Shown: positions 13,362 through 25,650 of the stretch, piece by piece
Layout: the number at the start of each line of letters is the position of its first letter
Position numbering within the stretch: position 1 is the stretch's first letter
DNA from: Vairimorpha necatrix
Lineage: Eukaryota
Direction: 5' to 3'
DNA: 64,000 nucleotides
NCBI GenBank assembly: GCA_036630325.1
Contig: CP142735.1
Location: 682,001-746,000, forward strand
The notes under the pieces: generated by a model
Seen by the model: the letters and a program-made list of their open reading frames with translations, nothing else
Databases searched by the model: none
What the model was told of the DNA's origin: nothing
Program-made: the position numbers and the translations under genes

Positions 13362-13415
13362 TGTGTTTATTTTCCATAATGAGGGGTAAAAATAATGAGG
13401 ATATATAACATATAA

Positions 13416-15211
13416 TACCGTGGAAAAAAAATTTAGATGCTCTAATAAATCTTCATTTACCATTATCTACATAATCACTATCAAAAAAATATTCAAGTGC
13501 TGTCCTACAATATTTTATACAATCATAACAACGTGGGGGTTCTGGGGTTGCGAGGGTTTTTAGAACATACTTTTAATTGGAACAATATTACCATGGCATC
13601 GATAATCTAACAATTCATAGTACACTTCAAGACATAAACTTTTGTATTTCTCGTTTTCATATTTTTTTTCAGGGGCGACAATCATTGAGAAAAAATCTTC
13701 TGTATAAGGTCCATTTTTTGAAGAAATTATAAACTCCTCCGTCATATGAAATATAAAGATAGAAGAAAGCAATCTCACACATCAAATTGGTTAGTTCCAA
13801 TCCGGTTTTAATCGTTTCAAATTTTGATATAAGCTCCTTTGCAATGTGTTTTTGAATATTGCCAATAGTTTGTGAATATTTTAAAATAAATTTTGCAATT
13901 TTTAATGTATAAATTGAATCTGTCTCTTTGGCGTTGATTATCATATCTCCAAATATTTTATCCCCATTTTCTTGATCAATGCTATTAGCAGTTCTAAACA
14001 CTTGTTCGATGATATCATCGTGAATAACGTTTTCTATTAGTCTTTTAATAATAATTTTTCAAATTTGTATCGACTCATCATCAAATTCATCATAAAAATG
14101 CAAGATTATGAATAAAATTTTGTTTCTTCTAATGTCTCGTCAGTATCTGTTGAGTAATTTATTAATTTACGCATAAATTTTACATATTTAAGACAAGGAG
14201 AAAAATATAAATCTTTTCTTCATCTTTGTCATGTACATATTCGAAATAAATTGAATAAAAAAGTATGTTCTCGAAAGATGAATCATTAAAAATTGTGTCA
14301 GAAGATAAAGCCAATTCTACCCAAATAAGAAGTCTTTTTACTATTTTTTTTATATTTCATGTGTTGTCGGACTATTAAAATCATTTATAAAAATATTAAA
14401 TTCATCAAGAAAATTAAAATTTAAAGAACATTTTTTTTTATAAATATTTCTGTTCAATCGATTCTTATCTGATTCCATACATCTTTTAATAAAAGAACTT
14501 TTATTTCTTTGCTAAATTCTCTTATATTATTTTTTTCAAAATTTTTTTCATTAAATGAGGTTTTTATGCTAAAATCTACGTCTGGCATCTATCTGCGATA
14601 CTAATTATAGTATTTTTATTTATCTTAAAATTTAATATGCCAATCTGCGACAATCTGTAATGGTCCCCCATTCGAAAACTTCTATTAAAAGACTATAAAT
14701 CATCTCGTTGTCTTTAATATTGCAGGTTCGGTATTTAGCAAGAAATAAAATAGCTTCCCTTTTTACCCCCACACTCTCTTCGTTGTCGAATAATCTTTCT
14801 ACTATTTTGTCTAATACTTCTTTATTGATTTTTAATTTATAATTTCTAGAAATGACAATTTTCTCAATGACATTATTGACGTTTGTCTGACTCTATTGTC
14901 TTCGGAATCCATTAGAGATAACAGACGATCAAATAATGTGGGATTATGTTTTCATCAATATCTTTAATTAACACGTGTTCGCTATTTTTTTTAATAAATT
15001 TTACTATCATGTTAACATTGAGAGCTTTAGCATCAAAGTCTTTCAAAAAAAAATAGATAAATTGCATTTATCTTTTACATCTTCAGTATCAATATGGGTA
15101 TAAATGATAATACATATTAATGTATTCTAGAAATGTTAAATAACATTGGTCAAAAAATTTATCTTAGGAATTTCGGTATAAATAAATATGAAGAATAAAA
15201 CTTTTGCCCAT
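13416..15211 (-). pseudogene. Probable decayed lineage-specific gene, possibly continuing on the other side of gypsy B (~9700-10225)
   Basis: Overlapping minus-strand ORF fragments 13560-13778 and 13669-14001 and coding-like composition; no recognisable family. Confidence 0.3.
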
Positions 15212-15804
15212 GTCGAAGTGTCAAAAATATCATTGCTGAAGATATTTGGTGAAATATCTCAACTTTAACGTCAAAATAGACTAATAAGAAAAATAAATGA
15301 TATTGCTGTTAAAAAAGTGCCCGGATTAAATACAATTGCATTTAAAAATTTACAAGGCTAAAATGCACTTTAGCCCAAATAATTTATTCAGGCTAAAAAT
15401 AATATAAGTGTACAACATACAATTTTAAATTAAAAACTACACGTTTTAAGGGGCACATGCTCATTTAATTCAATTAACAAGTAAATGGAATTTTGACTGG
15501 GTTTACTTTTAATATAGTTGTGAAATAAATAGAATTGTATATTACAAATTTTTTATGTTCTTTTCTTATCTAATCAAATAACACATTTTACTAAAGTAAG
15601 AAAGGTTAAATAAGCTCTTCAACTATCATAAAGCATATACAAAACAGAACGTTTATTTATTATATGGTGTATATGAAAATTATTGTATTTACCTTTTGTT
15701 TTATTAATGTATATTTGGTTAATTTATTTATTTTTGTTGCCTTAACATTTTCTTTCCTCCGTTTATAAAAAAGAGACAAACCCCATCTATATTGAAAATT
15801 ATCA

Positions 15805-16163
15805 CCGGGGTTTTCTTGTTATGAGAGTTACCCATAGAAAAGATCATGGATCTTATCTATGGGTGGGTCTTATCTATTGATATAAAATATTTAAAATTTT
15901 TTGAACTATACCCCATGAAAAAAAAAATCATATCGCTAAAAGAAAAGTTAAAAGGATTACAAAAATTGCGTGAAAACAATGGCAACATAAGTATTACTAC
16001 TTTCAAGTTGTAGGATACTAGGAAAATCAAAGGGGTTCCTTTTTATATTAAATTTTTTACCATTTTGGTATGGGGTGGATCTTTTCTACTAGTATAAAAA
16101 TTCATATTTAAAAAGTCGTAAAATTCGACTTTTGGGGTGGATCTTATAACCCGGGAACCCTGG
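15805..16163 (+). mobile_element. pogo/Tc2-like non-autonomous element (internal deletion)
   Basis: Imperfect TIRs CCGGGGTTTTCTTGTTATGAGA / TCTTATAACCCGGGAACCCTGG, TA at the right end, and repeated GGGTGGATCTTAT subterminal motifs. A CCCC-ATG start gives a short KKSY.LKEKL..N.GN HTH-like remnant. Confidence 0.5.
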
Positions 16164-17529
16164 TACCTAAAGCTTACCTTAGCCAAAAATTAGTGCACTT
16201 TGGATACGAATATTTCCCATTTCAAACATGCGATGGTGCGGGGACCAAATATCAAATAAAAGATTGGTGAGCTTAAAACCAAGATCTTTTGAGGCATACA
16301 TCTAATCTATTGTACCTAAAAAGGCCCAGAGTCTATCTATATAAATTAAAGACGAATATACAAACAGAAAAATCCACAGTGGAATATGTGAACTGAACTA
16401 TAGTTGCACTATATGAGGAAATAGAGTGTGATAAGTGGTGCATTAGAGGGACCAACTATTATATCATGAAAAGTACTACATAATTATTTATAGAACTAAA
16501 ATTGTAAAGAGCATATGCCCATAAACTAGATCATAAACATGGACGTCTAAACTTAAATATATCAATATAACTATTAATTTGTTGAAAGAAACATCACATC
16601 TATAAGTCTCTTAAAAAAATCCAATGCATAGTTCCTCTGTTGTTCAACTTATGTAAAATTATAAAAATTTTCTTTAGAAAATTTCAAATGTGAAGATCAA
16701 AATAGTGTGTGTTAAAACGAAAACATAGTTTATATGATACAAACCATTTAAAGAAATAATATGGCACCAACGTTAAACATTGACATCTGTAGCACTCTCG
16801 AATCAGCCTCAAATTTGAAGGCTTTACTTGACTTGGGCCCGCCGTTTTATTTTTTCATTATCTAGTAAGATTTTAAATTGTAAAAACGTCGTTCTACGAC
16901 TGATTTTTATCTTCTCTTTTATTGGAAAAGTAAAACAATACTTAAAATGACGAAAAGATGCATCCACGCATCTTTGTGCCGTTAATTTTTTTTGTTATAA
17001 AAATCGAAATTTAAAAAAAAAGAGGAACAAGAAAGAGAATGATTACTATTCATTTTTATCTCAAAATAATAAATCATTTTTTTATGTACAAGTTTGAATT
17101 TAAGATTATGTTATCGTCACCTAAATATGTCATATGAACTATTTTGACATAATTTATAGATTGTTTTCTTGGACTAATAAAGAATTTAAATGTAAAATAT
17201 GTGTTTATGGTTTCAAATAGACAAATATTACTTTTGAACAGGCAGCTTATTACAAAAGAACACTTTTCATAAACATCTTTCTAGATTAAAGGAACCTAAA
17301 CGATAAATATATGCTTAATTTAATATACAAACAGAAGCTTACAGATGACTTTATAAAGCCTAAATATGTCAATCAGACATGGGCTTTATACTTTCAAAGA
17401 GGTGTATTCGAGAGCCCAATATGCGAATTTAAAAAGGAACTTTGGGAACTGACAGAAGATATTGTGAGTGCATCTTATAAAAAAAATGAGTGAATAAGAT
17501 ATTATACTCGAATAAATTATACAACGGTG

Positions 17530-17938
17530 GATAGTCTAGTATAAGATTCTCTTTTTTAAAAAAGTTTAAACAATACATCTAAAATATGAATAATAGATGT
17601 TGTATGAATTGACGCATCAGATACCAAAATGAGATATAAATTCTTGCATTAAAGTAGTAATAAATAACTGTAAAAGATTTAATTTTGAAATACACTTTAG
17701 GGAGAAGGTTTTTTTGTTATATTTTCTTTATGATTTTATAGAGGTCTGGAAATTTTAAGTCGCTATTTAAACGACATAATATAGAAATTTATCAACTTCG
17801 ATATTCCCTTTATGATGTTTAACTATTTTATACAGATACTTCTTGGCCTCTAGATTATTAATAAAATCGTATAGATAATTGACAATTTCTGGTTTAAAAT
17901 GTTCAATATGTTTGTCGACATCTTTTTCAATTTCTGAC
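17530..17938 (-). pseudogene. Decayed paralogue of the Noc4-like gene at 43601-44092
   Basis: Colinear nucleotide similarity to ~43670-44090, e.g. TCTGGTTTAAAAT...TCTTTTTCAATTTCTGAC and ATTTTATAGA.GTCTGGAAA. Multiple indels; the start codon is lost at the SINE junction. Confidence 0.85.
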
Positions 17939-18692
17939 GGGGCCCTAGCTCAGCAGTTAAAGCAGAATTGCGATTGGGCATGGTTAAGTTTGAATCATTT
18001 AGACACCTAAAGGCTTCTACTTTCTATGACATTCTTTGAATTTAAAAAATGCACTGTACTCATTAAATTGATCTAAAGAAACTTATTCATTTAGACCTAC
18101 GGAATTAGTATCTACTTTAATAATCTTCCAAAATGTACAAAACAATACCATCACTGTGATAACTTATCAATACAAAATAGTATCTGCTGTACACGGCCTA
18201 GTTTGAGCTCATAGCAAGGCCCCACAAGGGGTAATCTCTGAGCCAACAAGCGACTAAGTGGACTTGAGAAATAAAGGGTCTCTAGATTCATTCTGCTTAA
18301 TTTTTACGTTTTCCGAACTGGTGAGCGACTAGTTGTCAACGCAGTGCAATAAAAACCAGGCTTTATATGTTTGTGAAGGAGGCATATGTGAGATACAGAT
18401 GATTTTAGGGACCTTTGAACTAGTAAGAAGATGTCTACCCTTGGGGTATTTAAACCATCCCCTCCTGATCGTATCTACTGTGGGGTTACTCTGCACGCAT
18501 TTTAGGTAAATATAAGAAAATACTTGCCTGTGCCAAAGTCCAATGGATACTGGAGAGCTTGCTGCTCTGACACGATGTATTGAGAGGGGGTTGGTGATTA
18601 ATAATACCACAGGTCAATGGATGGGGATAACACCTACAACAGTCTGTCCCCATGGAAGGATAATCCTCTTCTCGTATTTGCAGAGAAAAAAA
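17939..18692 (+). mobile_element. Old diverged copy (C) of the tRNA-headed SINE-like family
   Basis: Head GGGGCCCTAGCTCAG..GTTTGAATC; body blocks shared with 59846-60644 (GTCAACGCAG, GATACAGATGATT.TAGGGACCTTTGA, GCCAAAGTCCAATGGATAC); ends TTGCAGAG-A-run. No TSD seen. Confidence 0.8.
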
Positions 18693-19904
18693 CAGCTAGA
18701 ATAAGAAGAGGGGAGTTTATTTTTTTATTAATTTATCTAAAATTATTTAAATAAGAACCTTTTTTCGTTTAATATCAATTTCATAACAATAACCTTCTTT
18801 ATGTTGTCTTTTATTAGTATAATTTAAAACATGTGTCGTAATTTATTTTAAAATAAATTATTCTATTTTTTGTTCGTTTAATTAATTTATACTATCGGTA
18901 AACAGGTTTTCTTTTATAGTATGATGTAAAAATTATATTTAAGGTTTAATGCTTCTATTTTGATAGTTTTATATTAATTTGCGCTTTTTCGTAATTCATT
19001 GTTTTATAGTACGAATATGAATAAAATTCTATGTTTAGTCTTTAAATTTTTCTTTAGTTACATATAACTTAATAATACTTTACAATTTTTCCTCTTATTA
19101 AAGTATGGTTGTCTATTTATAAAATTATTAATTTTTTTCACATTATCAGTTATACTATTGGAATTGACTTACAATAATATTTCTAATATATAAATATATC
19201 AAGAGTCGTTTTTATACATATAAAGATAAACAAATAAATGGAATAAAAAGATATTTTGTTAGTCTAATTTTATTTGGTTATGTTTCGATTTAATTATAAT
19301 TTTTAGGTTTTTGCTCCCCACACTTTTTCCGATTCGACTTCCAAAATCAGGCTACAAATGTAAAATCAAGTATCTTTACGCAAAATAAAATTTTAAATTG
19401 AAAATGCTCCAACAAATTATAAAAATCAGATAATGACCAAAAATATAATTTTGCACTTTAAATTATCTATTTACTATTTATTTAGTCAAAACATATCTCT
19501 ATGTATGAATAATAGTAACCTAAACAAATAATATTATAAATAATTATAAGTAATAAATAAATAATTTTATTGACAGATGAGATTTGTACTTTTGAAAATA
19601 GAAATTCCATAGCATTTATGATTGTAGAGTAATGTTTAAAAGAATACAACATGATGTTGTTTTCTTAATTGATCTAATATTGCTATCGAATTGCTAAAGG
19701 GGTTAAACAATGCTTATATAACAAAACATAGTTAAAGCCTAAAAACCTGTTAAACTCAACAAAATAATGGAAAAGAGGTTACATAAGAAATTTTGATTAT
19801 AAATGACTTAAGGGAAAAAATCGAATATATTTTGCAAATCGAAATAATTTAGATTCTACTTTTCGAACATAAACTTTTTTTGAAATATTTATTATGTTTC
19901 CTAT

Positions 19905-20650
19905 ATTATAGGACCGAAATATTTTCTTAGAAACAGAAAAAATGCCCACACTGCCATGAATATGAAAAGACAGTAGATCATATGGCCACCCAATGTGATC
20001 GTATGCTTTCACATGATTACATGAGACGGCACAATGAGGCACTGCGATGCATCCACCTGCAGTTATGTAAGACGTATGGTCTATCCCATTCCAAAAGAAT
20101 TAGAAATCATTCAATCCAGGAATGTGTAGCCAATGAGTATGTTGAGATACGAGTCGACAGTAGGATACATTCAAGTATTCAAATAAAGTATAACAATCCT
20201 GATATACTAATTGTAGACAAGTTGAGGAAAGAAGTGATCGTTGTAGAAGTTGGAATCACAAGTTTTAACAACATCCATGCAGTAGAAACAGAAAAGAAAC
20301 ATAAATACGACTTGCTCGCAAATCATGTGGCTTCTCTCTACAAATACAAGCCGAAAATATTCCTTATGTGATGACGTGGGATCGAATAGTAACTAATTTT
20401 CACCGTACGCATATCAAAGTGCTCAGATTAGAACCCAGAACGGAAGCATATATACAGTCAAGAGTCCTTAAAATGACTTTAGAAAGCCTAACTATGTCAG
20501 CCAGACATGGGCTTGATACAGATCAGGAAGGGGTCTTCGAGAGCCCAATGAGTGAATCTCAGAAGGAAGTCCTAGAACTGCCAGATGAGACTGTAAGCGT
20601 ATCTTGTTAAAAGTAATTAATAAGCCGAATATTATACCCAAATAAATTAT
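19905..20650 (+). mobile_element. 3' fragment of an RLE non-LTR retrotransposon
   Basis: ORFs 19982-20371 and 20368-20610 are nearly identical in translation to 9056-9259 and 8625-9020. Confidence 0.9.
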
Positions 20651-21650
20651 ATATATGTTTCCTATATTATTAGACAAATTAGGTCTCAATGTACCCGTTT
20701 TATAGACATTTAAATTTTGTTTGCTCTTTCCTGCTCTGGTACTTTAGATTTTAAGATCACGATTATAAAAAATCTAATTTATTTTTGTTGAGGAGGCCAA
20801 AGTGCGAATTAGTTTATATGTAATTTCCTCGATATTCTTATCTTGCCTTTCACGGTAGAATAAGCCTCTTTGACTTATTTCCCGCATTATGTTAATATGA
20901 GGCCGAGTCATCTAGATAAGTAATACTTCGCCGTCAACAAACAAATTACGAGTTATATAGTGTCTGCTTAAAATATTTGTCTAAACATATAGTTTTTAGA
21001 GAAAGTCTTTTCTTCTAATACTTAGATCAATGACATTAATAAAGATAAAAAGAATAATTTTAGCCTTCTACTGGGCATATTAAATTCAAGAGACAATTAA
21101 AATTCTAAAAATATAAACTATTTAAATAAGCCGAACAGCCGGATGGGGGCAGCTCGCATCATACATATTATTAAGACAAATGTAATTTGCTTAAAATCTT
21201 ATGAAATCTTGCAGAAAATGTATACTGTAAATGCTTTTCTCAAAATTCTATTATTTCAATAATCATTTACTTAGCTCGTGATAGCTACTACTGTAATTTG
21301 ATTTTAAAATAATCCTACACAAGGAACGAGGAATTTAATGTTGCTAGTTATTCAAAAATATAATATAATTAGTTGTTTACACAACTATAGTGCCAATGTT
21401 TATAATTTACAAGGTTAATTGTGGACATAAATAATTTTCGTAAAAAGGATTCAACTTTTAAAATGTCAAATTTTGTAACTGCTGTCAACGAAATGACAGT
21501 TGAAAAATAAGAAAGAGAAATATTTGACATGTTTAAAAAACAAAAATATATATTTGCTAATTTACAAAAGTTTCAAACATTTAAAAAAATTATACATTGC
21601 CATTGATACTCCTTTTTGATATAAATAGAAAAATCTTAAGTGGACCCTAA

Positions 21651-23516
21651 ATGGAAAGACAAATTAAAACACTGGAATTTGAAAATCTTTATCTTGATGT
21701 ACCAAAATTCGGTCCTAATGGACATGTATCTTACACTAGAATTTTAAGATGTTTATCTGGGAAAATTGAATCTGGGAAACTTACAGCTGTAATTGGTTCT
21801 AGTGGTTGTGGTAAAACTCATTTTCTTAGAATGCTTGTTGGTGATATCAGTGAAAAATCTAAAACATTTGGTAAGATATTATACAATGGCAAAGAAAGAG
21901 AACCAGAAGAATGGAAAATGAAGTTTTCGTATGTTCCTCAGGATGATATATTTTATCCTGACTTGTCGATTAATAATCATATGAAATATTATATGTCACT
22001 TTTTGAAGACAAAAGCAGTGAATTTTACGAACATAAAATCGACAAGATACTTGAAAGATGCTCTATATTGCATCAAAAAAATAATTTCTTTGGGGCACTT
22101 TCTGGAGGTGAACGTAAAAGAGCTTTGATCGCAATATCCATGATTAATGATCCAGAAATTTTAATTTTAGATGAACCTACGACTGGGATAGATTCAAATA
22201 CAGCATCAGAAATCATCCAGACACTTAAAAAGTATGCACAGGATTATAATTGTATGGTTATATCTGCAATACATCAACCTGGTCCTGGTCTTTTTAGCTA
22301 CTTTGATGACTTAATTGCATTAGTGAAATTGGGAGTATTTTATATTGGACCATATAAGCAATTAGAATCTTTTTTGATCGGAAATGGGATCTCTATGGAA
22401 TCTGACTTATCTTTGCCAGAATTATTGTTTGTTATTTTGGTTGATAATTCCAAGTTTCCCGAAGCCAAAAAATATAAATCGAATGTTAAGAAAATTATTG
22501 AAAAAAACGAGGATAAATGTAAAAAATATAATAATAATAGAATATGTAATAATTACAAGACTCTTGATTTTAAACACAAATTCGCTGATAGCTGGAAGGT
22601 GATAAAATACTCCTTTAATGCTACGTATAATGTAAACAAATTATCGGTTAAAATAGTTTTAATGGTATTCATATCAATTATAGCAATTTTATTTGAACCA
22701 ATTTTTCATTTCGTCGAATCTTATCCATTTAATCATTTAAAATTTTATGATGAATTGAAACTGTGTTCTTATGGTCAAATATTGAGTTTTAGTTTTGCTG
22801 TAGTTAGTCATTTATATAGTATAACTCATTCTATTTGGTCATTTTATGCTTACACTGGAGTTTGGTCCCACAATCGATGTTTTGTAATTGAATATTTAAA
22901 TGGTAGATACACGTATGGTACATATTTTATGGCGACATTCTATTACTGTCTAATTAGAAATTTTATATTCTTCTCTGTTAAGTTCTGTTTATATCTCTTA
23001 TTTTTTAGAAATTTTTTATTTCATCCAATAGTGTTTTTAGTTTTTATTATTTCTACTATTTTAAATATTTTTTTGTTTACTTGCATGTCTATTATCTCCG
23101 AATATAATATTGTTTTTAGCTTAATATATTTTTTTATAATACAATCACCACTAGTTACATGCGATACAGCGGTGTTTAAGCTAAACCATGATGACATACT
23201 AATGTATGTATTATCAATCATCCCAATATTAAATTTAAGACTCTTTTTAAAGATGAGATGTTTTGGACTAGCAGAAAAATTTGCAGATAAGACTGCGATT
23301 CTTGAATTTTTGAATAAAACATGCGTTAAAGAAATTATCCATTGTTCGTATGATGAAGGATTAGAAAATACAATATTTTACAACAAATTTGGCAAGTCGG
23401 CGGATTTTATTACTGGAATTAGTATATTTGGATCTTGTTTATTATTGATTGGTGGTGCAACAATACTTTACATAGTCGATAAGATTCCTAACATGAGATT
23501 TAAATTAACAAAATAA
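21651..23516 (+). CDS. ABCG (White-type) half-transporter, NBD-TMD order
   Basis: Walker A GSSGCGKT, Q-loop YVPQDD, signature LSGGE, Walker B ILILDEPT, H-loop IHQP, hydrophobic C-terminal half; CCC motif before the ATG. Confidence 0.95.
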   Translation: MERQIKTLEFENLYLDVPKFGPNGHVSYTRILRCLSGKIESGKLTAVIGSSGCGKTHFLRMLVGDISEKSKTFGKILYNGKEREPEEWKMKFSYVPQDDIFYPDLSINNHMKYYMSLFEDKSSEFYEHKIDKILERCSILHQKNNFFGALSGGERKRALIAISMINDPEILILDEPTTGIDSNTASEIIQTLKKYAQDYNCMVISAIHQPGPGLFSYFDDLIALVKLGVFYIGPYKQLESFLIGNGISMESDLSLPELLFVILVDNSKFPEAKKYKSNVKKIIEKNEDKCKKYNNNRICNNYKTLDFKHKFADSWKVIKYSFNATYNVNKLSVKIVLMVFISIIAILFEPIFHFVESYPFNHLKFYDELKLCSYGQILSFSFAVVSHLYSITHSIWSFYAYTGVWSHNRCFVIEYLNGRYTYGTYFMATFYYCLIRNFIFFSVKFCLYLLFFRNFLFHPIVFLVFIISTILNIFLFTCMSIISEYNIVFSLIYFFIIQSPLVTCDTAVFKLNHDDILMYVLSIIPILNLRLFLKMRCFGLAEKFADKTAILEFLNKTCVKEIIHCSYDEGLENTIFYNKFGKSADFITGISIFGSCLLLIGGATILYIVDKIPNMRFKLTK

Positions 23517-24072
23517 ATTATTTACATTAATATCTAGGTTTTATTGAAAAATTTTCCTTCTTTTTCTTAATTTTGTAGTCTCTAATCTATTTATGATTTT
23601 TTTGTAGAAAAATAAAAAAATTTAATGAAAAAATTCGAGGGTAATTATTAGAACACGCGTAATAGCGAGAAAAGCTAAATTGCTAATTTCAAACTTAATT
23701 TCAGAATATCGATAAATCGTTTTTTGGAATTTATATTAACCTCTCTCAAAAAAATTGCAAAAACATTTAACGTTCTTATGATGTAAATGGAAATATAAAA
23801 TAAATAAAATGCTGAAGGAGTTAACAAGCATCAGGGGGTTATTTATTAAATATTATAAAGACACTAATATAAAAATATTTTATATTATCTATTAGACTTT
23901 ATAAATGTAACAAATTAATTTACTTGATACATTATATATAAATGGGGTTGTGATGTAAAGGACTACATCACAACAATAGGTGTCAATAATATCGTCTGTC
24001 TAATATTTCGAATCTTAAATAAATTAACAAACAAAATAAGATTATAAAAACATGTTTATAAATGGAAAAGCC

Positions 24073-25084
24073 GTTCAGGCTAATGTCGGCTTTAGCAGAA
24101 AATCTTCGATATAGGGTTTTTTTGTTTTTTGCCTCTTTTTTGAAAGATTGAGGAGATAATTAAACAAGAGAAGAATTCAAATAATATATAATGAATTAAT
24201 AACAAAACATAAAATTCTGATTTATGAATTATGAGATTCTCAGATGATAATAAAGGACAAACAAAATTTTATTATGAAGTGTAAATGGAGTACATGTAAA
24301 AATACAACTTCAATATGGAAAGGTACTTTCTATCAAGAATCTAGACTTAACCATATTACAATATTACAAGCAACTTAATAAGTGGAATCTAGGATATCCT
24401 CGAAAGTTCATTTGTCAATTTTTGGGGTTTTCTGCCGAATTTGTTTCAACTATATTAACAAAGTTAAAAGAATCTGATATTTATCAAAAATATTTAAATA
24501 GTATCGGGATTATTGGAGGTGAAAAATAGTAGTAGAAACGACGAAACGAAGATTGGCAAGAATAATAGAGGCAAAATTGTTAAAGGTTTCTGGTGTTTTG
24601 GTATGGTTGAATGTACCATAAAACGCAGAATTATATTTATATACATTGAGAAAAGAGACCAATAACGCTCACCAATCTTTTATTATAACACGTAGATAAG
24701 AAAAGTATTATTTATAGCGATATGTGGAGAGCCTATCATAATTTGGGCTTAATATTTGACCAACATCTAACAGTAAATCATTCGTTAAATTTCCGAGAAC
24801 CAATAACTGGTGTTCATACCAATACCATAGAAGGTAATTGGCGATCTTAAAAAAATTACTATACCAAATAGAAACAAATCAGTTCAGAGTGCAAAGCTTT
24901 TTTTTATTCAGGTGCATGCTCTAATGAAATTCTTCTACTTCTGTGTTTGTTGCCTTATTTAATTATTTATTTTATTTGTTATTTTTGTTCCTTCCTCGAC
25001 ATTTTTTCTCCTCTATTTTTGAAAAAAGGGGCAAAAAAAACCTTATTCCGAAAATTTTCTCCATAAGCCGACATTGGCCTGAAC
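24073..25084 (+). mobile_element. Degenerate Merlin/ISXO2 (IS1595-like) DNA transposon
   Basis: Inverted termini GTTCAGGC(T/C)AATGTCGGCTT; remnants IGG...ET.KIG, W.FGMVE, IYSDMWRAY, HLTVNHSLNF..GVHTNTIEGNW. No TSD resolved. Confidence 0.8.
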
Positions 25085-25387
25085 TTTTACTAAAATTGCT
25101 GAACAGTATTCTTATATTAAAAATAAAATACATAAAGAAGTTTATCTTTGAAGGGCACGGAACATTAGACGATCAAGAACACCATCAATAAAGTCATTAA
25201 TAATAACAATATCTTAGAGAGCTATTTTAAATATAGCAAAAGTCCCCTCTTTATAGGACAGATTTTCTAATTTTTTTTTATTTTGTTTAAAAAAATAGTG
25301 CTAAAATACGAACTAAAAGTGTAAGAACTGACAGGGATCAAATTTTTAAAAAATATAAAAAATGCTAAGTAATAAATGTGGCGCGCG

Positions 25388-25531
25388 AGCGTTGACCCCC
25401 TAGGATTTCCAGATTGTGCAAGCATTGACCCCTAGTAAATGCAACCCCGTGCAGGAGTTGACCCTTAGGATTTGTATCCCGTGCAAGCATTGACCCCTAG
25501 TAAATGCAACCCCGTGCAGGCGTTGACCCCT
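25388..25531 (+). repeat. Subterminal tandem array: five TTGACCC motifs at 32-33 bp period with alternating A/B linkers
   Basis: TTGACCC starts at 25392, 25425, 25458, 25490 and 25523; linkers alternate GGATTT... and GTAAATGCAACCCCGTGC. Confidence 0.9.
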
Positions 25532-25578
25532 CCTTTCAGAAAGCTCTGTCTAAGTTTAATCTTTTTTAAATAAATAAA

Positions 25579-25650
25579 CGCACTTGTTTGGATTCGAACC
25601 AGCGGACCATGTGAAAGAAACAAACAGCATACCACTCGACCACGGCATAC
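25579..25650 (-). promoter_or_regulatory. tRNA-type Pol III internal promoter (box A + box B) without an intact cloverleaf
   Basis: Minus strand TGGTCGAGTGG (25642-25632) and GGTTCGAATCC (25600-25590), 31 nt apart; acceptor and anticodon stems do not pair well. Confidence 0.7.

Larger units (their letters stand above)
10231..13410 (-). mobile_element. Ty3/gypsy LTR retrotransposon B (3180 bp), same architecture as A
   Basis: 49-bp LTRs at 10231-10279 and 13362-13410 (1 mismatch); TSD TATAA (10226-10230, 13411-13415); PBS-like TGGGGCGATA; PPT GGAGGGGGGA; CYNC..SH...C knuckle; RT (YVDD), RNase H (TDAS), integrase (ITDNG..GRVER). Confidence 0.95.

Noticed and set aside
16200-16800. Possible very old RT remnant
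   Set aside because: Only vague motif resemblance; cannot be supported by eye.
23947-23974. Perfect 11-bp hairpin GTTGTGATGTA/TACATCACAAC
   Set aside because: Isolated, with no associated element ends or second copy in the window.
25388-25531. CRISPR-like repeat/spacer appearance
   Set aside because: The linkers repeat in an ABAB pattern, the motif is part of the transposon TIR, there are no cas genes, and the context is eukaryotic.
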